Assembly (NCBI GenBank): GCA_043732185.1
Contig: JAYTHY010000059.1
Coordinates: 28,962-92,961 of the forward strand
DNA: 64,000 bases
Direction of reading: 5' to 3'
DNA from: Fibrobacteria bacterium
Lineage (GTDB): Bacteria > Fibrobacterota > Fibrobacteria > UBA11236
Shown: positions 47,928-58,494 of the stretch, in pieces
Layout: every line of letters starts with the position of its first letter
Position numbering within the stretch: the first letter of the stretch is position 1
Translations under genes and position numbers: made by a program
Notes under the pieces: generated by a model
What the model was told of the DNA's origin: nothing
What the model saw: the letters and a program-made list of their open reading frames with translations, nothing else
Databases searched by the model: none

Positions 47928-50091
47928 TCATCCATGGACATTCTTCCGGGCCGGGGGCTCCTTTCAAGTCAAACTGGAATCTGGTGCGGATTTAATGAAT
48001 TTAGATTCGCTTGATCAAAAACTTTGGGTCGCGCTTGCTTGTCCAACCAGTGGATTGGAAATTAGCGCCCGCACTCTTTCCCTGATTGATAGCGATAAAG
48101 ACGGACGGGTTCGAGCGGTTGAATTGATTGCGGCGGTAAAATTTGCGGGCGAAAACCTTAAGAATCCGGATGATTTGCTAAAGGGCGATTCAGTTTTGCC
48201 TTTGGCTGCTATCAAGGACTCGTCTCCAGAGGGAAAAGCCCTCTTGGCTTCAGCCCGGCAGATCCTAAAAAATATTGGAAAGGCAGATGCTGATGGGATT
48301 TCCATCGAGGATGTTTTCGATACCGCAGGTATCTTTCGTGATACGGCCTTTAATGGCGATGGGGTGATTACAGAGCTGTCGACGTCAGATGCAGCTTCAC
48401 GAGCCATCCTACTTGAAATTCGTTTGTGTATGGGTGAAGAGGCAGACTTGTCCGGAAAAATGGGCATTGGGTCCGAAAAGATTGAAGCCTTTTTCACTGA
48501 GGCAAAGGCATACGGTGACTGGCAGACAAAAGGTCAGACAAATGCCAAAAGTATTTTTCCTTTGGGTTTTGAAAAAACGGTCACTGCCGTTTCCGCCATG
48601 GTAGCCATTAAACCAAAACTGGATGATTATTTTAGCCGGTGTCGTTTGGCGCAATATGATTCACGCGCACTTCAAATGATCAACGGTAGTGAAGAAGCGT
48701 ATACACAGATTTTGGCCCAAGACTTGAGTCTTTCCGTAAAGGAAATGTCCGCTTTCCCGTTGGCGAAAATCGCTTCGGATGGAGCGCTACATCTTTCGGG
48801 GCCATTCAATCCCGCCCATGCTGTAACTATGGAAAATTTTATTCAGGCCGCGGTGGAACCGATCCTCGGTAAATTAAATGACTTCACTGAACAGCATTGG
48901 CAAGCGGTACAGGCCAAGCTCGCAGACTATCAAGCATGGGAAGCGGAAAAGCCTGGCCAACGCATGGATCTTTTAGGGAAAAATCGAGTTGAAGAAATAC
49001 TTTCGTCCGATTTGGAACGCAAGTTGAAGGACTTGGTGCGCATGGACAAAGCGTTGGAAGCAGAAACAGCTGGCATTGAACGTGTGGAACGATTGGTGTG
49101 CTACTACCGGGACATTGCCCTATTGTGCACCAACTTTGTCAATTTCAAAAATTTCTACGACGGCTCGAACCCGTCCGTATTTCAATGTGGAACTTTATTT
49201 TTAGACCAAAGAGCTTGTCATTTATGTTTGCGCGTGGAAGATCCCGCGAAGCATGCTTCGATGGCTGGATTGGCGGGAGCCTATCTTGCCTATTTGGATT
49301 GTCAGCGCAAGGGCACGGTTGAAAAAATGCAAATCGTTGCCGCCTTTACAGCGGGTGATAGCGATAATTTGATGCTTGGCCGAAATGGGGTGTTCTATGA
49401 TCGTAAGGGCCAGGATTGGGATGCCACTATAATTAGGATTGTGGACAATCCAATTAGCATAGGTCAAGCAATATGGTCGCCGTACAAAAAATTTGCGCGT
49501 TTTCTGGAGGAGCAAGTCAATAAACGTGCCGCCGCAGCGGATGCGGTGGCGCATAACAAATTAACGGTTACCGCGGAAAATGTCGTTAATGCCGATAAGA
49601 CCAAGCCCTCCGAGCCGAAAAAAATCGACGTGGGTACAGTAGCGGCAATTGGCGTTGCGGCGGGAGCCATTGGAACCTTTTTTACGGCTTTGATTGGATA
49701 CAGCACGGGAATTTTCAAACAAGGTGCGCTCCCAACACTTGGCGCAATAATCGGGGTACTGCTGCTGATATCCGCTCCTTCAGTAGTTATGGCATATATG
49801 AAACTGCGCAAGCGAAATTTAGGACCGATTTTAGATGCGAATGGATGGGCCGTTAATGCTAAAGCTAAAATTAATGTTCCCTTCGGATCGAACCTTACCA
49901 GCGTTGCCAAGCTTCCTAAGGGATCCAAACGCGATTCAAGTGATAGATATGCCGAAAGGCGAATTCCCTGGAAACGCTTGCTATTAGCCTTGGTAATAAT
50001 TTACGGTTTCAAGCAATGGGTTGCAGGTTCCTTTGACCGCATACTTCCGGTAGAGGCGCGGCCATCGTCGTTATTTTTTCGTTTTTATTGA
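47917..50091 (+). CDS. Hypothetical protein with EF-hand motif(s) and C-terminal membrane segments
   Basis: DSDKDGRVRAVE canonical EF-hand loop; GGAG SD; hydrophobic Gly/Ala-rich segments near the C-terminus. Confidence 0.7.
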   Translation: MQANHPWTFFRAGGSFQVKLESGADLMNLDSLDQKLWVALACPTSGLEISARTLSLIDSDKDGRVRAVELIAAVKFAGENLKNPDDLLKGDSVLPLAAIKDSSPEGKALLASARQILKNIGKADADGISIEDVFDTAGIFRDTAFNGDGVITELSTSDAASRAILLEIRLCMGEEADLSGKMGIGSEKIEAFFTEAKAYGDWQTKGQTNAKSIFPLGFEKTVTAVSAMVAIKPKLDDYFSRCRLAQYDSRALQMINGSEEAYTQILAQDLSLSVKEMSAFPLAKIASDGALHLSGPFNPAHAVTMENFIQAAVEPILGKLNDFTEQHWQAVQAKLADYQAWEAEKPGQRMDLLGKNRVEEILSSDLERKLKDLVRMDKALEAETAGIERVERLVCYYRDIALLCTNFVNFKNFYDGSNPSVFQCGTLFLDQRACHLCLRVEDPAKHASMAGLAGAYLAYLDCQRKGTVEKMQIVAAFTAGDSDNLMLGRNGVFYDRKGQDWDATIIRIVDNPISIGQAIWSPYKKFARFLEEQVNKRAAAADAVAHNKLTVTAENVVNADKTKPSEPKKIDVGTVAAIGVAAGAIGTFFTALIGYSTGIFKQGALPTLGAIIGVLLLISAPSVVMAYMKLRKRNLGPILDANGWAVNAKAKINVPFGSNLTSVAKLPKGSKRDSSDRYAERRIPWKRLLLALVIIYGFKQWVAGSFDRILPVEARPSSLFFRFY

Positions 50092-52568
50092 CTCTCTAAG
50101 ACTAGTTTGGATGTTTGTACAGTCTTTCCTGATTTCGCTTGTAGGATAAAAGTTCCGGTTCTCCCTGCGCCTTTCCACTCTGCCTGAAACGCATTTCCGA
50201 ATTTGACGCCAGGAAGCAAAGCGAGTTGTTTTCCCGTCAAGTCCAGAATTTGGAAGTGGGCAAAATTTCCCAGTCCTGGAGCCGACCATAAAAAGCGGGT
50301 GACACCATTTGCTTTGCGTGCTTCGAGTGTACTTCCATTAAACTTTTTCGCTACCATGTACTTAATCCCGGAAACCACTCCATTTAGGATTTCTTCCAAG
50401 CTCGCAGAATCAAGATTGGCACCAGACATCGCTATCTTTGCGTCCGAATTAACGGATGGAATGGCATTGGCAATTCCGGTGTTGCCCGCTTGAACAGGAT
50501 TACTAGGCATGTCCGTCCATAGTTCAGCGCCTGGTTCCAGAGCCAATAGACTCATCTGGCGGTTCACCACATGGTATGCGCGCCCAAGCTTCTGCATTGC
50601 GATAAGGTTGTCACTGCCTGCATCTCTACCCCAAGCCTCCGTCTGTTGATTGGCCCAGAGGGACGCACCAAGGTAACCGGCACCTGACCGGGAGGGAAGG
50701 TATGTCGAGTAGGGTTCAGAAAATTTGAGTCCCCCCCAAGTTCCTGTCAGCTCCATGGACAATTTTCCACCCACATGGAATTGGCCAGCTAAACGTACGA
50801 AGCTGCTTTCTGGGGCTTTCCAATTATAAGGTGTGGAAATATCCGTCGTCCGGACCACAGGATCAACCATTATCACCGGACCACCTTTAATAGCTATTGG
50901 GCCGCCGTAATAAAAGTTTTCCTGCAGGACCACTAAACTGTCCACGGTTACACCAGAAGTCTTCACGGAAAGATTTGTAACACCGTAAGCATCAGAACGC
51001 AGCGCCCCAAAAAGCGGGGGCATGTACCACTCGAGGTTAGGTGCTATTAAGGGGTCAACGGGCGTGGCTGCAATGCCTCCAACCCCTTTGCATCCAAAAC
51101 AACTTGGGTAAGGTGAATACATCCATCCGTACATTCCACCAAGTTGATAGCCTCCGGTGGCTTGCGCGATGGTGTTGAGTCGATAATTGTTCCAAAACCC
51201 AAATAGTACGATATTAGCACCATTTAAAGTGGCGATCAAATCATCTGCGAGTCTTTGTTGGGCATCTTCAAAGGCTTTGGTTTCCAAATTGAAATCTGTA
51301 GATCCAAAGGGTCCCACTTGAGGTGGATACGGAAATGAGGGATATGTTTCATTATTGATTATCAAAGCTACGCTTCGGGTGCTGGACTGGCCGCGGCTTC
51401 TCGCAAAAGCGCCAAGCGCCAACTTTGAATCTGCAAGTGAAGTGGGCTTCCAGGATTTAAGGGCCATATACGCCTTATTTAAATTGGCTGCAGTCATCGA
51501 GACGGCAGTGGGGAATAAGAAAGTGATGTGACCATTTCCATCCGAAAAACCCAGGTTTCCCGTATAGGGGCTCTGGGCGTAGACCTTTAGGGCCAGCAGG
51601 GCAAGCTTGCGGGCACGATCCGGGGAGCTGGAATCGGACGCGGCGACATCGAGCAGGATATTCCTTTCCATAGGTTCAGATTCAAGGTGCAATGCTTTGA
51701 AATCCAACAAAGCTTTGACACCAAAAAAGGATGTGCCGGATTTTTCAGCCACCCATGGATCCAGGCAGCCATGACACATAGTTGCAGGCGAAGAAATAAT
51801 TCCTTCCTTCAGCTCAAGAAGTGCGTTGGCGTGTAGGTTTAAAGGATTCGCGCTGATGATACCGCTTCCAAGTCCTTCCCATTTGAGCGTATAGGATTTT
51901 CCATCCTTGGATACGGCATTTAAATTGAAAGCACCGAGGGTGCGTTTTGGCCAGGCAGTGTTGTCCGCAATGAATGGGGAGTATACACTTGCTAAGCCGC
52001 TGACAATCGGCAATGTCGTGCTGAAAAGGGCCCCGTTGTTTTCCATTCCCTGCACAAAGGTGATTTCGATCTTTCGGGTAGAGCCGCTCTTATTTGGAAA
52101 GATGCGCAAGGAATAAGATCCATTGCCCCACGATTCGATCAGAGCAGGATCGCGGCGTCGCTTGACGATAGCCTCGTATTGTGCAGAAGCCAGTGCTCGG
52201 TCTTGTAAGGCTGCCTTCACTTTGATATCGCCAACCCAAAGGCTCATGTCCGTAATGGCTGTATTGTCTTGAGCTTGAAACCAGGAGGTAGTTTCCAGGC
52301 TGTCGAGATACAGTGTTTGGCTCGGTAAGCCGTTCCAGGTTTGGGTCATGCCTTGACTTGGCGTGTACTCGATAGTGGCAACCGTGGTGACAATGCCTCG
52401 ATCGATTTCCAAGTTCACATTTACAGTATTAATTTTGGTTTCAATCGATGCCCAAGGCTGGCCCACTTTTACGGTATTCGTGTTGAAATTGCTTAAATCC
52501 AAATTTGCCTGGGCAAGGCTTGTGCATAAAAGTGCGGATGTCACTCCAAGCATTCCTGTACGCATCAT
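50085..52568 (-). CDS. Secreted VIT (vault inter-alpha-trypsin) domain protein with T9SS-type C-terminal domain
   Basis: AAGGAG SD; signal peptide; ITDMSLWV..A..ASAQYEAIVKRRRDPALIE..LRIFP; SLLALE; ILDLTGK..GTFILQ. Confidence 0.78.
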   Translation of the reverse strand: MMRTGMLGVTSALLCTSLAQANLDLSNFNTNTVKVGQPWASIETKINTVNVNLEIDRGIVTTVATIEYTPSQGMTQTWNGLPSQTLYLDSLETTSWFQAQDNTAITDMSLWVGDIKVKAALQDRALASAQYEAIVKRRRDPALIESWGNGSYSLRIFPNKSGSTRKIEITFVQGMENNGALFSTTLPIVSGLASVYSPFIADNTAWPKRTLGAFNLNAVSKDGKSYTLKWEGLGSGIISANPLNLHANALLELKEGIISSPATMCHGCLDPWVAEKSGTSFFGVKALLDFKALHLESEPMERNILLDVAASDSSSPDRARKLALLALKVYAQSPYTGNLGFSDGNGHITFLFPTAVSMTAANLNKAYMALKSWKPTSLADSKLALGAFARSRGQSSTRSVALIINNETYPSFPYPPQVGPFGSTDFNLETKAFEDAQQRLADDLIATLNGANIVLFGFWNNYRLNTIAQATGGYQLGGMYGWMYSPYPSCFGCKGVGGIAATPVDPLIAPNLEWYMPPLFGALRSDAYGVTNLSVKTSGVTVDSLVVLQENFYYGGPIAIKGGPVIMVDPVVRTTDISTPYNWKAPESSFVRLAGQFHVGGKLSMELTGTWGGLKFSEPYSTYLPSRSGAGYLGASLWANQQTEAWGRDAGSDNLIAMQKLGRAYHVVNRQMSLLALEPGAELWTDMPSNPVQAGNTGIANAIPSVNSDAKIAMSGANLDSASLEEILNGVVSGIKYMVAKKFNGSTLEARKANGVTRFLWSAPGLGNFAHFQILDLTGKQLALLPGVKFGNAFQAEWKGAGRTGTFILQAKSGKTVQTSKLVLESQ

Positions 52569-52819
52569 GTTAAGCTCCTTAGGTTACTATAAAAACGTAG
52601 TGTAATATGAATCATATAATAGCTGATAATTTGAGTTTAAGCAACTTATAATTCATATAAATGAATAAAATGTAGTGTGTAAATTAAATTTTTCTTCCAT
52701 ATTCCAGCCATTCGGTTCAAAAAATGGTGAGAAAAGGGCAAGGTCAGGAAAATACTTGGGGTTTTTAGGGTTAGCGCCCGGGGGTTGACTATTTTTGCTT
52801 AGAGAGGAAATCCAAATTG

Positions 52820-55800
52820 ATGATCAAAAATCCAAACCGAATACTTTTTGCCTTTCTGCCCATTATCCTTTTCTTTTGGAGCGGACTGGTGCCCATTCAT
52901 GCTGTCTTACTGGCAGATTCCGTTACGTCCAGTCGGACACTGCAACAAGTGGCAAACACCATTCAAAGTTCAACCGATACTGGGGTCTTTCAAATCTCTT
53001 TTTCCACTTATAAAAATATCAACCAGTTTAAGCTGGATGCCCCTTCCGCAAGAATCGACTCACTAATCTTCCAGCGCAATCCAAAGCAGGAATCCGACTC
53101 TGCAATTAATGTCGATGCGACTCTGTTTGATATTAAGGGCACAAAGGGGACCGTGGTTCTCCGGGGGTTGGCCTTTAATCTGACAAAACCGAAATCGGTC
53201 CTTATCGCAGGCTCGGAACTTGGCAAGGAAAATTTGCACCTGGTCATTGATTCCTGTTTCATCTATGCGGACACTTTGGATGGTGTTTTCTTAAGTTGGG
53301 CCGCCGGAAATGCCGGTACCATTGAAATTCGTCATAGCTTTTTTGTTTCCAAGACCGGGACTGTTGTGACGAAGCTTTCCCTATCGGGTGGAAAAGTGGT
53401 GTTGCAAAATAACTTATTCAATTTTCCTGGTGTCGTTGCGCCTACAGTTGCCATTAACGCAGATATAAAGTCCAATACATTTAATCGTACCCAGTTGACT
53501 CTATCAGGCGACCCTTCATTGGGAATTCCAACTTATAATTTTAACAGAAATTTGATTGCCCATCATGGGACTGTATCCGCAATAGGAAGTCCCCTTCACT
53601 ATTTCGCCTATATTTCTGGACTAAATAATACGGATGCCGTAGCTCAAAATAATCATCTTTACAAAACATGGACCAGGTTTAATTTGCTTGACACCCTGCC
53701 ATTCTCCAACAGCAATTCCAACCAGATGGTTGATACCATAGTGGGGAAACCTTCCACAGAGCTTTGGAATTGGTATACGTCCACGGATACTTTATCAGGA
53801 TTTCCAAATGGTACAACCGCCAGAAAGATTGCCTATAACGTATTTCCCGATTCAATAACTTTTCCCTGGACAGGGCCGTCGAATTCCGGAAAAGTTTTTT
53901 TCAAATCTGCCCTCTTTCCCAGGCAGATGGCGCCTTCTACAAGTTCAAAACCAATCCTTTCTAATCTGACAATCCTAGCCAATCCCACCCTCAGATTTTT
54001 TCAACCCGCTGCCGGCCCCGTGCACTTTGGTCCATTTCAGGTGGACAGTATTTCTGTGGCCGTGAAACCCAGTAGCGGACATCCTGTCCTGTTGGCAAGC
54101 GACTCTTCTACCGGTGTGTACAAGCCTCAACCACAGCACAGCTCGACAACTAATGATCCGGTTAGCATGTACACGAATACTCTAGCTTCCGCTCGCTATT
54201 TTTTCCTTAGTTTTTTCGGCAATACGGCGAGAGGAACAAACATCGTACCGACCTCAGAACTAGGAAAGGACGACTCCCTCGTTTTCGAAAAGGTGGATTC
54301 CGCCGGGTATACAACCTTTTATGCGGATCCTAGTTGCAGCTTGTGTACTAACAATCTCCGCTACCTTAAATGCAGCTTCCATTTTCGTACCACCGCAACT
54401 CTTAAGGATTCCATGACTTTCGGCCTGAAGGACAGCATTCCTCCATTCCGCTCAGATAGCCTCTTTTGGATGTTAGATGCACCCGGTCGCCTGGTAAACG
54501 CCCGGAAAACCTCTGGAATAAATCGGAAAGTCTATGCTAAAGTTTTGGCAGAAAGCTCTTTCACTGCATTTTTGGTAGAAAAGCTCTCGGTTCCAAAAGG
54601 CGGCGTGACCTTTAATGTACCTGATGGTACTGTGCGTGCAGAGGCCGATTTTGGCTACCAGATCACCTTGGACAGTCTTGCTGTCATTGATAAAATCCAT
54701 TATGGCCAAAGCACACATGCCTATGGTTATTCCGCGCAAGGACGACTTCCGGGAGATTCACTGACTTTACGTTTAAAATGGAAACCGGATCAGGAAGCAT
54801 TCCGGGATTCCCTTGGAAAGATTAGACCACTTTCTCTGGTACCCGATACAGCCGGTATGGTCAAGATCGCCTTAAAGCCCAGTGACACGGGCAAAACCTA
54901 TTTTCTGGCTGTGAAGTACAATATCTTGGCGGATAGTCTTTATAATGGCGCGATTGAGGGTGGGGTAGTTTTGGCGAATTTCAAATCGTCCACCGCAGCG
55001 AAATCGAAATTCGTGGAACTTTCTTCCACGGTTCTAAACAATGCTTGGTTGTATCATGATTCCGCCTTTAAGAGCACTCTTTTCCTGTCCGGAAAAGAAT
55101 TTAAAACCAATGGTGCGAATCCGGTACAACACTGGGATATGACCTTTACCGTAAACGGTGCAACCCATCGCGACTCGGTAGAGGCTTGGTGGTCAGATGG
55201 TAAGGTCTGGACTCAAATTATTTCACCAAAACCAGTTTTTCTAACTGGTTCCAGCAATGATTTTCAGGTAAAGAACATCCCTGATAGTGCGCGTTATATC
55301 GTTGCCGTGGAACGTCTACCACCACCCGAAACCTACGTCAGCGACACAGTTTCCTGGGCCAATAATATTTTACATGTTACAGTTATCTACAAAAGAGATT
55401 CACTAAACAAGTCCATCGATCAATACTGCGTGGAATTGAAGTCCATCGATCATAACGGCCAAACGGTTGTTCCTGCCTGTGATCCAAAGCCTATTGGGAC
55501 ACCCGCAGATATTAAGCTGAACGCGAATACAGCCTATATATACCAGATACAATATTTTTCCAAAGGAGTGCAATACGGTAACCCTTCGTACCAGACTTTG
55601 AAAGGGCCTTCCTGGGATCGCAGCATTGTTCTTCCAACTGCCCTTAGTCTCAAGCCGAAGAATTTCTGGCATTTGGTCGGATTTCCATTTGCGGGCACAC
55701 TGGCCAAGTCAATCGTAAAGGACGAAACGATACAACTTGCCAAAGGTATCCTGGATACCATTGTGGTCATGCATATCGAGAATGCGAATGGAAAACAAAA

Positions 55801-56911
55801 AGTCGATACCTTGAAGGGATGGAGTGCAGCGGGATTTAATTCTGGAGATGCCTTTCTGATTGGCGGGACCCGATCCTTTAACTTGAAAATGGATCCTGAG
55901 TCCAATTTCCTTCCGTTAGGGGTTGTAAGAATGCCATTGGATTCTGGTTGGCATTTCCTGACAAATCCTTTTCCAACCACATTAGCCACGAATAAAATCA
56001 GATCTGTGAAATGGGGCGCAGCACGGTTCTGGGAACTGGTCCCGCCTACCGATAGTTCGCAGCTGTATAGATGGGATTTCACGGGGTCACTCAAGGCTTT
56101 TTCCGGGTATGCGTATCACACTCGCACCAGCGACACATTAATTTTTGATCTTTTCGCGGATAGTGTGCCTACTAATCCTTTGCCTAAAACTTCAAGTTGG
56201 CCAACGCTGATAAAAGTGGCGGTACTCATGCCAACGACTTCCTCGCAAATGTATTTGACAACACAATCCTCAGAGCAGAGCATTCCCTATTTTCCCGCGC
56301 CTGGTGCAGGCGTTGAATTGCGGCTAGGTGGTGGACAAGGCTTCTTGCTGAAAGCCATTCCCAATTTGCAAGCGATGGATGAGCCTCTCACCATTCGCGC
56401 AATGCAGGATGGCCATGCAGCGTTTTCAGTGGGACTTTCTCCGGAATTACTTTCCGCCGCAAATGTCCGAATCCGTCTGATTGATTTAGGTACTGGGAAA
56501 GTCTATGTAGAATCGGAGCTTGCAGATTTGCCTTTATTCAAAGGCAGTCATAATTATCGCCTCCTAATGGGTACCGCAGCTTTTGTGGAGGAAAGGATTA
56601 CTGGATTTTTAAACGAGATGCCCCAATCCATCGGATTGTCCCAAAATTATCCGAATCCTACGCGAGGCGTTACGCGTTTTCTCTTTGCGTGGCCGGCCAT
56701 ACAATCGCAGGAGCGACATGCCGTCTTACAAATTTTGGATACGCGCGGCCGTGAGTTGCGCAAAGTACCCTTAGAGCACATCCAAGTAGGTAGGCAGGAA
56801 TTGACCTTGGACTTTAAAAATTGGAAACCGGGTATTTATTTGTACCGTCTGACAGTCTTTGGAGATGGGCAAATAACGCGTTTGCAAAAGAGGATGTTGA
56901 TCGCACCATGA
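52820..56911 (+). CDS. Large secreted protein with T9SS type A sorting domain
   Basis: Signal peptide; N-terminal beta-helix-like Asn-rich region; WHLVGFPF and GWHFLTNPFP; C-terminal LSQNYPNP..ILDTRGRE..PGIYLYRL. Confidence 0.8.
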   Translation: MIKNPNRILFAFLPIILFFWSGLVPIHAVLLADSVTSSRTLQQVANTIQSSTDTGVFQISFSTYKNINQFKLDAPSARIDSLIFQRNPKQESDSAINVDATLFDIKGTKGTVVLRGLAFNLTKPKSVLIAGSELGKENLHLVIDSCFIYADTLDGVFLSWAAGNAGTIEIRHSFFVSKTGTVVTKLSLSGGKVVLQNNLFNFPGVVAPTVAINADIKSNTFNRTQLTLSGDPSLGIPTYNFNRNLIAHHGTVSAIGSPLHYFAYISGLNNTDAVAQNNHLYKTWTRFNLLDTLPFSNSNSNQMVDTIVGKPSTELWNWYTSTDTLSGFPNGTTARKIAYNVFPDSITFPWTGPSNSGKVFFKSALFPRQMAPSTSSKPILSNLTILANPTLRFFQPAAGPVHFGPFQVDSISVAVKPSSGHPVLLASDSSTGVYKPQPQHSSTTNDPVSMYTNTLASARYFFLSFFGNTARGTNIVPTSELGKDDSLVFEKVDSAGYTTFYADPSCSLCTNNLRYLKCSFHFRTTATLKDSMTFGLKDSIPPFRSDSLFWMLDAPGRLVNARKTSGINRKVYAKVLAESSFTAFLVEKLSVPKGGVTFNVPDGTVRAEADFGYQITLDSLAVIDKIHYGQSTHAYGYSAQGRLPGDSLTLRLKWKPDQEAFRDSLGKIRPLSLVPDTAGMVKIALKPSDTGKTYFLAVKYNILADSLYNGAIEGGVVLANFKSSTAAKSKFVELSSTVLNNAWLYHDSAFKSTLFLSGKEFKTNGANPVQHWDMTFTVNGATHRDSVEAWWSDGKVWTQIISPKPVFLTGSSNDFQVKNIPDSARYIVAVERLPPPETYVSDTVSWANNILHVTVIYKRDSLNKSIDQYCVELKSIDHNGQTVVPACDPKPIGTPADIKLNANTAYIYQIQYFSKGVQYGNPSYQTLKGPSWDRSIVLPTALSLKPKNFWHLVGFPFAGTLAKSIVKDETIQLAKGILDTIVVMHIENANGKQKVDTLKGWSAAGFNSGDAFLIGGTRSFNLKMDPESNFLPLGVVRMPLDSGWHFLTNPFPTTLATNKIRSVKWGAARFWELVPPTDSSQLYRWDFTGSLKAFSGYAYHTRTSDTLIFDLFADSVPTNPLPKTSSWPTLIKVAVLMPTTSSQMYLTTQSSEQSIPYFPAPGAGVELRLGGGQGFLLKAIPNLQAMDEPLTIRAMQDGHAAFSVGLSPELLSAANVRIRLIDLGTGKVYVESELADLPLFKGSHNYRLLMGTAAFVEERITGFLNEMPQSIGLSQNYPNPTRGVTRFLFAWPAIQSQERHAVLQILDTRGRELRKVPLEHIQVGRQELTLDFKNWKPGIYLYRLTVFGDGQITRLQKRMLIAP

Positions 56912-57759
56912 AAAAAAAGACTGGATTTTTCTATTTCGCAACATGGACTCTATTGGCTTTTATAGGCACTCTTGGAACCGTGCATGCAGCGAAGTGCTTG
57001 GAGAACAAAGACTTTTACCAGAATCTGCCTGCTGTAATCGGCAAAGAGGATCAGGTGGGAAAAGTCCCATTTGTTCTCAAATGCGACACTATTTTTGTTC
57101 GTAGGGGCGTGACCACCGTAGTGTATCCGGGGACCATGTTATACTTTGCGAATCCTACTCTGAATAGCGTCATTAAAGTGGAAGGCACCTTGCTGATAAA
57201 GGGAACTAAAAATTCCTATGTCTCACTGAGTGGCTCTTTGGACAGCACACGCAACGGCATTGAAGCCGGCAATCGCAAATGGGGCGGAATTGAAGTGGCA
57301 GAGGGTGGAAGGCTTGAAATAAATTGTGCCGGTTTTATGCAGGCTCCGACGCCGATTACCGCTTTTTCCAGTCAAGTCTTGATCGTGAATTCATGGTTCA
57401 AAGGAAGCACTGGCATTGTCCTTGCGGATGGTAGCCTCTATCGCATGGAATCAAAATGGCATGCGGTAAACAATTTGGATTTATCCAAAGGGATTACGGA
57501 TCAAACGGAGGGTACAAGACCCGCCGATGCCATTTCTCAAAAGGAAAAATCAGACTTACTGAAGACAAAAGCTACCGGTTTTTGGACCTGGAAAAAAATT
57601 GCGGGAAGTGCGGCCGCTGTGGCGGTTTTGGGGGTAGGGGCTGGAGTGCTTTTGACACCCGATCCGGCCAAAACAACTACTGGCCCAACTGATAAAACTG
57701 ATAATAAACCAAAGAGCACGTTACCTGAGTTTGGCTGGGGCTTACCAAAACTTGATTAA
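56908..57759 (+). CDS. Hypothetical exported protein with beta-helix-like start and C-terminal TM anchor
   Basis: ATGA overlap with the upstream gene; signal peptide; VEGTLLIKGT..WGGI; IAGSAAAVAVLGVGAGVLL. Confidence 0.65.
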   Translation: MKKKTGFFYFATWTLLAFIGTLGTVHAAKCLENKDFYQNLPAVIGKEDQVGKVPFVLKCDTIFVRRGVTTVVYPGTMLYFANPTLNSVIKVEGTLLIKGTKNSYVSLSGSLDSTRNGIEAGNRKWGGIEVAEGGRLEINCAGFMQAPTPITAFSSQVLIVNSWFKGSTGIVLADGSLYRMESKWHAVNNLDLSKGITDQTEGTRPADAISQKEKSDLLKTKATGFWTWKKIAGSAAAVAVLGVGAGVLLTPDPAKTTTGPTDKTDNKPKSTLPEFGWGLPKLD

Positions 57760-57818
57760 ATCGGGATTAAATTACTCGGCCAATTCTAAAACCGAATTAT
57801 GGCTTTACTCTTTTATTA

Positions 57819-58445
57819 TCAATTCCCGGATTCCAAACGTTTCAACTCGTCCCGGAGTCGCGCCGCTTCCTCATAGCGTTCTTCAGCCAAGGCCCGCGAA
57901 AGATCACTTTTCAGCTTTTCAATCGGATTGATCGGGGCGGGTTGTTGCACGCCTTCCGGGTTTTCACTTTTTTCTGCTTCACCGCTTTCACTCTGTCCTT
58001 CTTTGACCAAAATGGCCGCGGCCTCGTACACTTCCTTATGCACGTAGATCGGCGCCTTGTAACGAATGGCTAATGCAATGGCATCGGATGGCCGGGCGTC
58101 GATGTCCATTTCCTCAAAACCCTCTTTACGAAAGTGGATGCGCCCGTGGAAAGTATTGTCGATTAGGCTGGTTACCTGCACCTTCGTGATCTCACAGTCC
58201 AACATGCCCAACATGTTTTTCAAAAGGTCGTGGGTCAAGGGCCTAGGGGGAATTTGATCGTTGTACGCTACGGCGATAGACTGGGCTTCATTGGCTCCGA
58301 TGAAAATGGGTAGGACCCTTTCATCGTTATTGGGTTTCAAAAAGACGATAAAACCAAGATTGCTGACCGAGACATTCTCTATCCGAACAGGTATAAAGTC
58401 CTCATCATGCTGTTCAAAATCCGCCTCGGGTTCTTCTTCTTCCAT
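57819..58445 (-). CDS. Bifunctional nuclease family protein (DUF151 + UVR domain)
   Basis: LPIFIG..EA, RPLTHDL, DARPSDAIALA, EERYEEAARLRDE. Confidence 0.93.
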   Translation of the reverse strand: MEEEEPEADFEQHDEDFIPVRIENVSVSNLGFIVFLKPNNDERVLPIFIGANEAQSIAVAYNDQIPPRPLTHDLLKNMLGMLDCEITKVQVTSLIDNTFHGRIHFRKEGFEEMDIDARPSDAIALAIRYKAPIYVHKEVYEAAAILVKEGQSESGEAEKSENPEGVQQPAPINPIEKLKSDLSRALAEERYEEAARLRDELKRLESGN

Positions 58446-58494
58446 TCCACATTCCTGTTTTTAGATAATCGGAGCCGGGTTTATTTTCCCATCC

